Positions 1 through 14,308 of a stretch of DNA of 64,000 nucleotides are shown here, one piece after another (within the stretch, counting starts at the first letter, position 1; each line of letters starts with the position of its first letter). Both the position numbers and the translations under genes were made by a program. Source of the DNA: the human T2T-CHM13v2.0 reference genome, Homo sapiens. Below the pieces are notes generated by a model. It was not told where the DNA came from and searched no databases. It saw nothing but the letters and a program-made list of their open reading frames with translations. The stretch lies in assembly GCF_009914755.1 (NCBI RefSeq), contig NC_060925.1. One strand, written 5' to 3'.

Positions 1-660
1 ATAGATGAGTCATTTTATGTACTAAACTTTTATGTACATTTTTTCCAGTTCTAGTACTTCCCTATATCACAAAATCAGAGAAACAAAATCAGAGAAAATA
101 AAACCAGTGGGTTTAGAAAAGGAGATAAAGGGTAAAGGCAATGGCATTAACTTATTCTAAATGCTGCCAAATTTTTAAATATAATGTTCCTTGCAACATT
201 TTCTCCTTCTATAAGGTAGGATACTAGGCTTTTTTTTTTTTTTTTTAACCATTCAACATTTTCATTGTCAACTAAAAATGTTTTGTAATCCCTCATTTTA
301 GAAATGTCTAAAGTCTTAACTATGGAGTAAATGTACGTGATCATGGACAGTTACTTAAAGACTATTAGCTTAAAAAAAGACAAAAAAATACATAGAACCC
401 CATGCTAAAAAAAAGTCCTTTTATAGCCATTCAATTTGATTTATTCACTTAAAATTGGTTTTATAAGATTATACGCTCTTAGAAACAGAAGAGTAGCAGC
501 ATTGCATTTACCTGGTTCTTCACATTAACTAGCTATACAGTAGATCCTGTAAGTGTGTAAATATAGTGGGAAAACACATATAAAGAAATAAGGGTGGACA
601 TATTTTGCTTTGGTTTCTCTAAAGCTATTCTAAGCATTACAGAAACAAATTTACACTTAC

Positions 661-785
661 CTTGGTGAAGAACTTTCATGTCATTATTGGATCCTTTCAA
701 TACCACATGTAATGTTGGATACTCAATGATCACTTTGTTCCTCAAATTGTCTAGGAGACTTTTATAAGGATCTAGTTCATAATAT
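661..785 (-). CDS. ZNHIT6: ZNHIT6 exon 9 ([41 protein letters not shown]); final exon outside window
   Basis: TAATAAG| acceptor, |GTAAGT donor, 125 nt; IIEYPTLHV motif of Bcd1 family; no stop, so another exon follows. Confidence 0.96.
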
Positions 786-992
786 CTTATTAATAAAAAA
801 AAACAAAAAACCAGGAAACACTCTTAATATTCAAAATTACTAATAGATAAATATATGAGAGTATTTTACATTAAAAATTTTTTAAAGGTGATGACAATTC
901 AGTAGTTACTTCCTTATAGCATAGTAAGTTTAATACCTTCTAAGAAAGGCAGGTACAAGAGCTATTATTATAGAGGTTCTAAAACTAAATAA

Positions 993-1343
<351 letters not shown>

Positions 1344-1399
1344 TACAAGTTATCAATTTTCATACCAAGAAATAGTTAAAGACTCTTATATAATATTTA

Positions 1400-1733
<334 letters not shown>

Positions 1734-3433
1734 CTTGAATAAAAGAATGATGAGCTAACTATTTGAATTCCTCAAATATATTTATTTTGAGCCTTAAAGA
1801 CAACCAATCACCTTATGACAATTTCTAGTAACATGGCAATAAAATAACTGGTTACAAAATTGGCTTTTGGAAAAAAGTCAATTATTCTAATTATAACTGG
1901 TTTCCAGAAATTTATATTGCCATGTAAAATTTAAGAAATACAGAGTTTATCGTGACATAGCTGCCAAATGTGTCACAGGTAATTAGATGCTAATGGTCAT
2001 TAAAGCATGAAATTCTCAAATCATTACTTTAAAAAAATAAGTCTGAGGTGGCTGAAAATGCATCCCCAGAACATTCATTCTTGCTTGCTTTCTGGGGTGG
2101 GAGTGAAAGGGGTGGAATTCTAGCTAGCTCACTAGCGGGTACATATGAGAATATGTTGGCATGTTAATGTCATTTCATGTCAAAGAAGAAAAAGCTGAGA
2201 ACATGTCAACCAGTCTAGTGCAGAAGTTCTCCAGCATTTTTATTCATCTCTACCAATGACAGGTGATATTCACATGCAAAACACATATCTCATGAGATCC
2301 AGCCTAATGGCTGTAACTCCATCCTTTTATCTCCTGCTCAAAAAAGCACACTGGAACACAAGTGATCAAGAGTGAGGTTATCATTGGGATACATTTAAAT
2401 TTGCTGTAATTTTAAGAGTAAATCATTCACAAACTTTGGTATTTCTTAATTAGTAAAAAATTATCTGCACCATAATCATAGCTGAGTAAGACATGCAGGA
2501 CACTCATTAAGAAATGTGATGTAGTGATTTCTCCATGTTCTGAGTTTGTCTCACGCAATCGTTTTCAAATCAGGAAAAATATAAAAGTGCTTAACAAAAT
2601 GCAGAGCCAAGCTTACTAAAGTTAGAGAACAACTGTAAAACCAAAACTTTACTTATGCTTCCCTGACCACACACCCCAGCCTGGAATTATTCTTTTTAAA
2701 ATTGCAGAATATTCTTTATGTTGAAAAGAAACTTGAAATGCAAAATACTGTTTTTCTAAACCAGCCACCTTAGTGCCCACAGATCATAGAATTCATACAT
2801 TCTTTTCCCTGTGTGTAATGTAATACAGATGTACTTACAATACTTTAAAAGTGTTTCCAGCATTCAAGGATTAAATGCTTCACATCTTTTAAACATTATT
2901 TCTCTTTGAAATAAGCAGTGTTTTTTTCAAAGTTAGTAGCAATTATATAAAAAAGAAAAATGAGATTATATCAGATACCCAAGTAAAAGATTAACTTACA
3001 AAGTAAAATATAAAATGGTGATAACTAAATTTTTCTTGGGAGGAAATAAGACCTGGACTCTCAAACAGGAACTTTTCAAGTGGCATCCTACAAGCACTTG
3101 GCAATAACTTATCTTCTGTGCATTTTAGCTAAATCATAAGGCTTCTAATGAAAGGCATTTTTCAAATAAGGGAATGTTTTTTACTTGTTTCAGTTTTTGG
3201 TAAATAATTTTCAGTGCATATTTAATGTTTTAGGTATCTGATTTCTTTTTGTAATATTAAATCTTAATTGGGTTTCTCTAGATTTCCAAAGCTGAAACCA
3301 AGAAGCAACAAAAAGAGTTCTTCGAAGGCCACATGAGAATCAGAGCCTAAAATTATTGCTGATATAAAATATGTTCCTAGCAGAGGAATGTTCAGAGGTA
3401 CATAAAAATTACTATGCAACAAGTTAAACATGC

Positions 3434-3561
3434 TTTGGATCCTAAAACTGTAATGATTACACTTATTTGGATCCTGAAACTGTAATGATTACACTTATTT
3501 GGATCCTGAAACTGTAATGATTACACTTACTTGGATCCTGAAACTGTAATGATTATACTTA
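3434..3561. repeat. Minisatellite, 4 x 32 bp (TTTGGATCCTRAAACTGTAATGATTACACTTA)
   Basis: Units start at 3434, 3466, 3498, 3530; near-identical. Confidence 0.97.
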
Positions 3562-4049
3562 AAAAAACTTGGTTCCTGTTTTACATGCTAAGCAGGCACT
3601 TAAAAAGCACTAAGGATGCAAAGATTTATAAGAGGCTTGTCAACTGATAAATTATTTTAAAAATATTTTATGCAATGAAAATCTGGTATGTTGTGTGGTT
3701 TTGATTAGAATCAGTGGATTTTATTTAGTGTTTAGCCTAAAATGTTGCAAACTTCTAATCAGCAATACGCTATTGAGTGTCAGTAAGCTTCTGGGCCACA
3801 GCTTTCCAACCTGTTAAATGAAGCGTTCAGATTTCACTAAATAATCTTTTAGCTGAAATTCTGAATTTCTTAGATTTTTCTACTACAAGTGGTTACTCTT
3901 AATCTACCATTAATATTTATCAGTAATTTAAAAGTAAATTTTGTAAACTGTTCATAAAGAAAGCCTATCAGACACATATGGGGTTAATATTTTATGGACT
4001 TGGAATTTAGTTAAATGAAGCAATAACTTTTACTGGTTGTTTGGGTTTG

Positions 4050-4240
4050 GAGTTTAACGCTGAGTTAAAGTTCCGGCTCCATCATTCACTGGTCTGTGAT
4101 CCTGGACAAGTTACTTAAGTTATTTAATCCTCAGTTTCCATGCTTGAAAATGGGGATAATGACAGTATCACTTCAGAGAGTTACTGTGAGGGCTAAATGA
4201 TAAAACACAGAAACTGCTCACTCGTTTATTTAAGCCCTAA
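4050..4240 (+). mobile_element. MIR
   Basis: CCTCAGTTTCCATGCTTGAAAATGGGGATAATGACAGTA...GTGAGGGCTAAATGA core. Confidence 0.75.
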
Positions 4241-6488
4241 GCACATGTGTTTGTTTTATATTTTTATTTACCAAAAATAACAACACTTTCCTATAGAAAC
4301 TCTAGTTCAGGACAAAGTCACTGGATTTCATTAGCAGTGAACATACTGCCTTTATGTGCATTTTGCATTTTAAATGTAGCCTTACAACTTTCTGTATGAC
4401 CTTCAAATCATTATTTTATTGTCACATTTACTTCCAAGAAGATAAAGGTACTTTGAATGTTTCTGTTTCCACTATCTTGAAGCAAGTTTTAAGAGCCCAG
4501 CTTTGCACTGCCTAAAACACTTAGGTTTAGCTCCTTTGCAAGCCATTAAGCTACTGAATCCTAAGGGACAGCTTTATCTTTTTGAAATTTTCACAAACTC
4601 TGGTATTTCCATTAATATAATGTCTCTGCTACCATAAGACAAACTACTTAGGTTTGGAGGAATTAAGATACTAACATTTGTCTTTTCTCTTGCCCTCTGG
4701 GACCCTTCTTAGACATTTCCTCTTGTTATTTCACTTGCTCACCCTCACAGGTTCACTGGCTGACCCTGCTCTGGGCAGCCTCATGGGGGCATTATGAGGG
4801 CAGAACGGCTCAGTGGGCCAAACAGGTGTTACAGTGACATATATAAATAAAAGTTGTCATGATAATCAAGGGTGTGCTTTTAATCTTGACTCTGTCACTA
4901 ACTTTCAAAGAAACAGGCCAAGCTCTTGAACTTCTTTCTCTGTACTTTATTAGCAAATTAGTGTGCTTTAAAAAAAAAAAAAAAAACCTCCTCATAACCC
5001 CAAAAGACAAGTTTTTAAAGAAACGAAATCACAAACCACTTTATGTCCCATCTGATCACTGACACTCCATGGATCATCGCCCCTTCCACCTGCTAAAAAA
5101 TACCAAAACTAAGTTTGAATTTCTCCAAATTTAGCAATCTAGTAGCAGGCCCTAGGCCACAGTATTTTTCCACTAAAATAAGATCATTGAATTAGGTGAT
5201 CACTAAGATCCCTTCAGCTCTAAATTTCTACAATTTTTGATACTTAACTATATTTTTTCACAGTTGTATTTATTTCTCAATCTAGGTTTCTAGATTAAAA
5301 GTTCAACTAAATTATTCCAAAAAACAGTTTTAATTCTTCTTTTATTTAAACTTTAAAAGGTATTATTTAAAATTTCTCCAAATAATACTTCTGTGTAACA
5401 ATTTTTGCAACTCCTAATGTTCAAGTCATATAGAAAAGGATTTTGCCATAGTTAATCTTTTTCTCACCCAATCTCTCTTAGTTTTCATATTTTAAAAATC
5501 ACAGTAGTTAAGTTAGTGGTTTGATGCACTTTGTTTTGGGATTTTTATATATCCACATAAATGAGGACGATACCTGCTTGACATGGAGAGTAGATCATGA
5601 ATTGTGTAGTACAGACATATGTCTTAATTCAGAAAGCTCACCAGTTCAGAACTGCATTTGGTAAATTATCCTATTCTAACCATGATATTTAAACTATGGA
5701 TGTGGTTAAATAAAATGGCCAACTATATATTTTAAAACCTGTTTTAAAGAGGGGCTTACAAGGCTCTGACTTGTTCTAGATATTATTTCTTTGAAATCTT
5801 TTCTGATTTTCGCTGGTAAATTCAATTACTTTTAAATCCACAAGGCTTGAGTTCCAGTCTTATCACTGGTCCTTATGAGCTATAACTCCACAAGGAGACT
5901 CAGTTTTGCCCATCAATATAATGGTAGGAAAGATACCTACTCATGGGTTAGTTTGTAAGGACTATAACAGGTGAAAATGTTTCCAAAGTGTAACTTGCTA
6001 AGCTAGCATCAGTAATAAGATTTTATACTCCAAAAGTAATTTGGCACTCCTAGCAAGGAAATGACATACTTATCAGGAATTATATTTATGATTTATGACA
6101 GAGACAGAGACTAGTTAGTAGAAAAAGCATGAACTGAACTCTTGACAAACAGGTCTGAGTCCAAATCTTAGCCTTATAAACTGTACAAACTTAGTTTCTT
6201 TGGGTAAGTCAATTTTTCAGAGCCTACGATTCCTAATCAGGTAAAGTAGAGAAGACATAGTACATACTTTATTAGAATTAATGCATGTGAAAATGTTATA
6301 AGCATTAGCCTGGCATTTATTCTTCAATTGATTGCTCAAATATTTACTTAGTGTCTACTATGCACAGGTAGTCTGCTAGGTAATGGAAGTTCATAGAAAT
6401 AAACCTTGCACTTTATGGGGGGAGGCAGACAAACAGCTATTGCATTCATTGGCACAAGTATCATGATAGAAATGTAAAGTGACACTGG

Positions 6489-7330
6489 CTAGTAATGGTT
6501 TTTCCTTTCTATAGTTAGTACTCTTTTCAAGATCTCTTGTAAGGCAGGTCTGGTGGTAAAAAACTCCCTCAACATTCGCTTATCTGAAAAGAATCTTATT
6601 TCTCCTTTGCTTAAGAAACTTAGTTTAGCTGGAAATGAAATTCCTGGTTGAAGATTTTTTTCTTTAACAATGTTGAATATAGGCCCCCAAACTCTCTGGC
6701 TTGTAAAGAGTTTCTGCTGTTAGCCCGGTGTAGGTGATCCGTCTCTGTAGCCATGTAGCCACTCTGTAGGTGACCTGCCCCTTCTCTCTAGCTGCTTTTC
6801 ATTTCATTCTTTCTTCCATTTCGACCTTGGAAAATCTGACGATTATGTATCTTAGGGATGATCTTCTTGTGGAGAATATTGCAGGGGTCTCTGTATTTCC
6901 TGAATTTGACTGTTAACCTATCTAGCAAGGATGGGGAAGTTTTCATGGACGATATCTTAAAATGTGTTTTCCAAGTTGTTTGCTTTCTCCCCATCCCCTT
7001 CAGGGATGCCAATGATTCGTAGATTTGGCCTCTTTACATAATCCCATATTTCTCAGAGGTTTTGTTCATTCCTTTCATTCATTTTTCTTTATTTTTGTCT
7101 GCTTTATTTCAGAGAACCCATCTTCAATTTCTGAGATTCTTTCCTCAGCTTGGTCTAGTCTGCTGTTAATACAGTGATTGCACTGTGAAATTCTTGAAGT
7201 GTATTTTTCAGCTTTGTCAGATCTGTTAGGTTCATTTTTACATTGGCTATTTTGTCTGTCAGCTCCTGTACTGTTTTATTGTGATTCTTAGTTTCCTTGG
7301 ATTGGGGCTTGCCATTCTCCTGAATCTTCA
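6489..7330 (-). mobile_element. L1 (old L1PA/L1PB) ORF1-region fragment, antisense
   Basis: Matches reverse complement of L1 ORF1 (TCTTGTAAGGCAGGTCTGGTGG, GGGAAGTTTTCATGG...). Confidence 0.8.
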
Positions 7331-7611
7331 TGCATTATCCTTAGCAAACTAATGCAGGACAGAAAACCAAATGCCACATGTTCTCACTTATAAGTGGGAG
7401 CTAAATGATGAGAACTCATGGACACAAAGAACTAGGAACTAGGTGAAGGTGGAGGGTGGGAGGAGGGAAAGGAGCAGAAAGAATAACTACTGGGTACTAG
7501 GTTTAGTACCTGCGTGACGAAATAATCTGTACAACAAACCCTTGTGACATGATTTTACCCATATTACAAATCTGTACACGTACCCCTGAACCTAAAAGTT
7601 AAAAAAAAAAA
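7331..7611 (+). mobile_element. L1 3' end with polyA
   Basis: CATGTTCTCACTTATAAGTGGGAGCTAAATGATGAGAAC...GTACCCCTGAACCTAAAAGTTAAAA. Confidence 0.88.
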
Positions 7612-7636
7612 GTAAAGCTAAGTAGATCCTCAGTAA

Positions 7637-7918
<282 letters not shown>

Positions 7919-8039
7919 CCTCTCTTGTTCAGTACCAACATCCAAATGTCCTTTGTTCTTGCAGGCTGCACAGGGTCTTCACTATCTAGGTAATTCAGTT
8001 CCTAACCCTAGCTAACACCTCTCCTTAATTGGTTCATAT

Positions 8040-8420
<381 letters not shown>

Positions 8421-10472
8421 TTGTTTCTTAAAATTCTTTCTCCTCCATGCACTTTTTTCCCCTCTAATTAATGTAGGGATTTTAAATCTTAATCTTTAGT
8501 CTTAATCTTGCTAACAAAACATACATTTCCTTTGAAGCTAAAACTGAATGCAAGTGTCTCATCAGTACAGACTCTTACATCTTCAGTCTTTATTAGGATG
8601 TATATTACCTTGCAAAATATGATTAGGTTCCTCAGAGAAACTTTTGCTTAGAGGTTCAACAGTCCATGAATTAACTACATTATAGAATGGTATTATTTTA
8701 GAGTTGGCAGGAACTTACAACCCAGTCTTTTTTGTCTTCCAGTTAAGTATACTGAAGCCCTGAGAAGTTAAGTATCTTACTCAGGGTCTCTCAAGAAAAT
8801 GGAGAGTTGGGACTATAAAGCCAATTTTGTGATTTCTTTCACTCAACTGTGTGCTTGTTCATTCATTCCTCATTCAACAAATATTTACTGAGAGTCTACC
8901 ATGTTCCAGACACTGTTCTTGGCACTGGGAATACAATGGTGTACTATAAGGAATTTACTAGAGGTGAAAGGACAGACTTTCCAGGAAGAAAGTATATGTG
9001 TAAGGTAAAGATAGGAGGAGAGAGCTAGGTCTATGGAACTGGGTAGAGAGCGGATATGTTTAAAGTACTGAGCAGAGAATGGGTATTGGAATACACATAG
9101 AATTCACAGTTTTGGTGCCTAACATTTAAATTGGTCACAAAATATTCTATAACATAACAAGGATAGGTAAGTTTAGTAGATTAACATTACGCTAAAATAT
9201 CACTTGTTTTTAGAGAAAACTCACATTTTATATTTCACATAATTTCCTTAACCAAGAATCAGAATAGAATATATTTGAAGTAAGATTATCACTATAGAAA
9301 TTGTAGGCTTACAATCTGCAAGAATTTGACCATCACATCACTTTGGATCACTTCAAATACAGGCTCTCAAACTAACCTTCTCAGGTTGAAAGCTACCGAG
9401 ACCTCAATAGTTGAGCTTATATCTGTCCGGTAAACACTCACCGAACTGTGCCAACTAGCTGAGCTTCAGCTTTCTTAAAGCTAAGTTAACAATTCTTATC
9501 ATAAAACTGCTTTAACAAGAATACCACATATGAAGCCCATTCCATCACTGGAAGAGTATCATCTTTGAGATGATAAAAAAAGTTTAGCAAACCACTTGAC
9601 ATATTCCCTTTCTGTGTGTGGACATTCTTCAGGTTAACTCTAACATTTTCTAATCCTTAAATGATGATTCCTTTGTTCTGTAATAGAATACAGAATTGCT
9701 ATAATCCTTAAATGATGCTTCCTTTGTTCTTTGTTTTATTCTCGCTTTCTTTTAGAATCTATATCCAAAACGTGGTCAAAAGTTAATGCCATTCTGAACA
9801 CATACTCATCTTGACCATGATTACTTTGAAAAATAAACAACAATCCCAAAAAGGTATAACAAAGAACTGTGGTTGGGTTTCACATAATCTGAGAACATGC
9901 ATTATGATTATTTATGGTGCTGAGAGGCATATACTATATTGCAAAGAACATACTAAGGCTTTGAGTGCAGGCAGACCTAGGTTTGGATCTAGGTTCTACC
10001 ATTTAGTGGTCATACAGCTGTAGACGGGCTATCCATTTAATTATAATACAATTACAATATGTATGAAGTGCTTACCAGAGTACCTAAATAATAGTAAGGC
10101 ACTCAATAAAAGTATGTCATTCATACTTACTATATTCCATAAAGATACATATTAGCCCCCAGATTTAACCTTGATTTTAAATAACTCTTGCAGGAAACAA
10201 TTCTTGTGTGTGTTTGGGAAAACTTATTCAGGGCCTTCACATTGTTTTGCTTAAACATAACCTAAAATAATTGTGAAAAACAATGATACTTTTGTACATT
10301 CTTAAATTGACATCCTACAAGTTTAAGTAGATGCAAAGAACATAATTTATGGTGTATTGTGAATATTGATGTTTTAAGATGAAATATATCACCCTTAAGG
10401 AAATTCACTAGACTGTAAATATCATGGTAATTTAACATCAATATCATCCATTAAAAAAAAAAAAAAGAATAA

Positions 10473-10829
<357 letters not shown>

Positions 10830-11760
10830 TCTGCTTTCTAAGTTAGAAATCTTACTTGTTCTGTTTTTCCATTCCGATTCTCTTGCAGAATTTTATACCA
10901 AGTAGTATGTTTATACCTGACCTTCTCTGCAACAAAAATGTAATGTAAAGTAAAATTTAATTTCATTACCTATGACCTTTACGTTTTAAATAATAAAATT
11001 TCTTCTGAACTGAATAATTTTAACTATTATTAACATCAAATTGATCAAAACATCACAAATATATTACAAACAAATTAAGTTATTTTTGAAAAACATCTCA
11101 ACATGATGGACGAGCACTGATGATGGCATCTTCTATTAAAGGCATGGTTGTTCACTATTGATTCTTAGATTAAATGATTTTCCCCCATTTATCAACTTGG
11201 TATCCATTAACAGAATCAAATTTCAAAAGGAAAACAAGAGGAAGTTTACGTAATCCCATCTAGAGAGCAAGCTCTTATTCTTCACTAATTCTTCAACAGT
11301 TATTTTCAGGGGATCTTAGGCAGAAATGTCTCTGGCTGTTTACATAAGAAAAGACATCTGAAAATAGTTAATACTGTTCTTAGAAATTCTGGAATTTCTT
11401 CAGTGTTCTCCAGTATATACTTAATTCTGCACTATTCTCAAAATAATTTTTAAGTTCTAACTTTTAACACACATCTTATAAATTTCCTATTTAGAGTATC
11501 TTCAAAGTATATTTTTCAATTATTCACTGTAAGTCTAAAACAAAGTCATCTAATTTTCCATTTCTAGTTCAATTAGGCAAAGAGCACAGACTAATCTTTA
11601 AGGAGGTAAAATGTGATTTAAAAAAAATCCATTCTAATATCAATTGACATGTTTCTTTATACAACTTCAACAACTCAACTGAATATATCTACCAAAAACT
11701 TGTCACATGTTAGACATTGTGTGGGAACCAAAAATGTCCTCAAAGAGTTTACCAACCTGG

Positions 11761-11968
11761 CCAGTGTTTCTCAAAGTGTGGTCCCAGGAAAAACTTATAT
11801 CATGGTCACCCTTGGGAGACAGAGATTGTAAAAAAAACAAATGTAGGTTTCTGGGTCCTATGTAAGATTTACTAAACCAGAACCCTAAGAGAGTGGTTTG
11901 GAAATCAACATTTTCAACAACTGCCCTAGACTATTATTATGGATACTGAAATCTGAGAAGCATTGTTC
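11761..11968. mobile_element. MER5-type hAT-Charlie element
   Basis: CAGTGTTTCTCAAAGTGTGGTCC ... TGAGAAGCATTG terminal inverted repeats. Confidence 0.7.
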
Positions 11969-13001
11969 TGAAAAGAAATACAGGTTACATGTTCCACTGG
12001 GGAGAGGTTTACAGGAAGGAAGAATAACTGGCCAGTAGTGAAAGGGGGTCTTTTCTTGCTAGTGAGTGGGTGCAAGCCAAAAGAGGTCAGGTGGGGCTCA
12101 CCTGAGGCCTTTACACAGGTAAAATCAATTTCTCAAAAAGGAGATAGGAAAAAGCATTTTACCTCTTCACTTCACTGAAAACGATTTTAAAATATTTTAG
12201 ATTAAAGATCCATAAAGTTCCAAGGAAGGTAAAATAGCCTTAGTTTTTAAAATTTAAAAACATCCTCTCAGCATGGAAATAAAATCATCCAAGAGAAATA
12301 GCTCATACTTTTGCTGGTTGCTTTTCAAACAAAAAGCATTCCAAAATTATTAACTAAAACCAGCACAGGAGGAAACAACTAATAGGCTCTGTGCAAGTAC
12401 AACAGGATAATATGCGCATGAACAGTAAAAATTTTTGTGATATCCATGAAATCAAAGCTTAGGTAATACTTTAACCTGGGCTTGGGTTTAAATCTAAATT
12501 CTTGGCTTTACAAGAAAAATTCTGGAAGCAAAGTGAAGGCAATGGTTTATCTTTCCATCAAGAAATGATTAAGTCTGGAGTGTCCATGCAAAGATGCCCA
12601 TGCCCTCCACTGGGCACCTTTTATGCCTTGTATTTTAAGTATCTATCTTTTGCGGTATTTATCACATATCATTCTTCCCACCTAGCTCTTTGAGGGCTAG
12701 TCTTGTAGATGTCTATATATCCCTAGGTATTAGCACTGGGCTAGCACATGGAAGGGGCTCAATGAAAATTAACTGAATAAATGAAAAATACAGACCTGAT
12801 CAATCTTAACTGATACTTTAGGTCAGGTTCATGTATCAAAAAGCCTGACCCTGAGCAGGTACTACACTTTCTGAAGTAACTTTTAAATTATACTAGGCCC
12901 TTGTTACAATCTTCTCTCTCTCTCTTCATTGAGAATTGAAGCCCCCAACTGTTTACATGATATACAGATATCATGTAAACCAATAAAAAAAACCCTTTAG
13001 A

Positions 13002-13226
13002 GCAGGAATCGGCAAACTACTGCCAGGAGGCCAAATCCAGCCCACTATCTGTTTTTGTAAATAAAGTTTTACTGGACCATATTCTAGTCATGTCCATTCG
13101 TTTAAGTGGTCTATAGTTGCTTACGTGCTACAATGGTAGAATTGACTAATTATGACTAAATGGCCCACAAAGCTGGAAAATATTTACTATCTGGCCATTT
13201 AAAGGAAAAGTTGCCCAAGCCCTGCT
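13002..13226 (+). mobile_element. MER58A-type hAT element
   Basis: CAGGAATCGGCAAACTAC...GCCAAATCCAGCCCAC...GTTTTTGTAAATAAAGTTTTA...AAAAGTTGCCCAAGCCCTG. Confidence 0.75.
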
Positions 13227-14164
13227 TAAGGGTATTAACGTGGCATCAATACCTAGCATACAGCAGGCATATATACATATATATACACACATATATATAT
13301 TTTAATGAATTAGCACACTGATTAAAAAATTAAGACTGAACACTTACTGTGGAAAAGTCACTAACACAACTCTGCAGGAAATATAAAAATGAAGATGCCT
13401 ACGGCAACCACTGTCTTCAAAAGAGAGTTAATCATCATGTGATTTAAGTTTTATTGGGATAAAATAAGTCAAATTTATAGAAACCTATGAGAAATGCAAA
13501 ACACTTTTAAGGTTCTAAAGATACAGAAATTATATCCAGTTTGGGGGAAGGAAATGAACTCTGTTGCAGACACTGGTAACTAATAGTCTACATAAAAGGA
13601 ATGGAGAAGAAAGGACAAATGGAAGACTCATTGTGGATGTCAATTACACAAGGTAAGGTGGCAAGGTAGAAGTCAAGAAGTAGTTGAAGATGCTGAGCTG
13701 CAAGGTCTTACGCCTGGCTTACTAGAACAACAGTGCCAGTAATAGAAAATGCGTACCAACATTTGTTGACTGCTTACTCGATGCCAGGAACAGTCAGTCC
13801 ATTAAATTCGAAACACACACATCAGGAAGAAATAGATGCAGTGTAATGAAATCTAGACATGTTGAGCTTAAGATTTAATGAGATGTGTAAATGAAGATAG
13901 CTGGAAACCAAGATTTGGAGGTTGGGAGAAAGGTTAAAACTATATCTAGATTTGGGAGTAATTTCTACAGAAATAAGTTGACAATATCTTAAGTTCCTGA
14001 AATCTCTCATATTCTTCCAATATCCAATTATGTCAAAAGAAATGTTAACAAACACAACTGGTTATCTGCTCCCTTGTGTTTAGTGGTGAGTGGCCTGTTG
14101 GGAATGTATAGCTAATATTACATTTGAAGTATATCCCAGAAGTATAAGAAATTATATGGCTGAT

Positions 14165-14308
14165 GCATGCCTAGGGCCTCAGCTATGCAGGAGGCTGAAG
14201 CAGGAAGATTTCTTGACCTCAGGCGTTCAAGGCTGCAGTGAGGCTATGCTTGTGCTACTGCATTCCAGCCTGGGCAACACAGTAAGACCCTGTCTCTTAA
14301 AAAAAAAA
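14165..14308 (+). mobile_element. Alu right monomer (FRAM/AluJ)
   Basis: GGAGGCTGAAGCAGGAAG...CAGCCTGGGCAACACAGTAAGACCCTGTCTC + A tail. Confidence 0.8.

Noticed and set aside
3434-3561. CRISPR-like 32-bp repeats
   Set aside because: Contiguous units with no spacers, in a eukaryotic intron
9661-9797. Box C-like ATGATGA with downstream CTGA (possible snoRNA in a snoRNP-factor gene)
   Set aside because: Antisense to the host transcript, no terminal stem, no recognisable rRNA guide; no convincing intronic snoRNA seen anywhere by eye
12102-12131. Strong donor CAG|GTGAGC with a possible 30-nt exon
   Set aside because: Only nearby acceptor is a GAG; insufficient support
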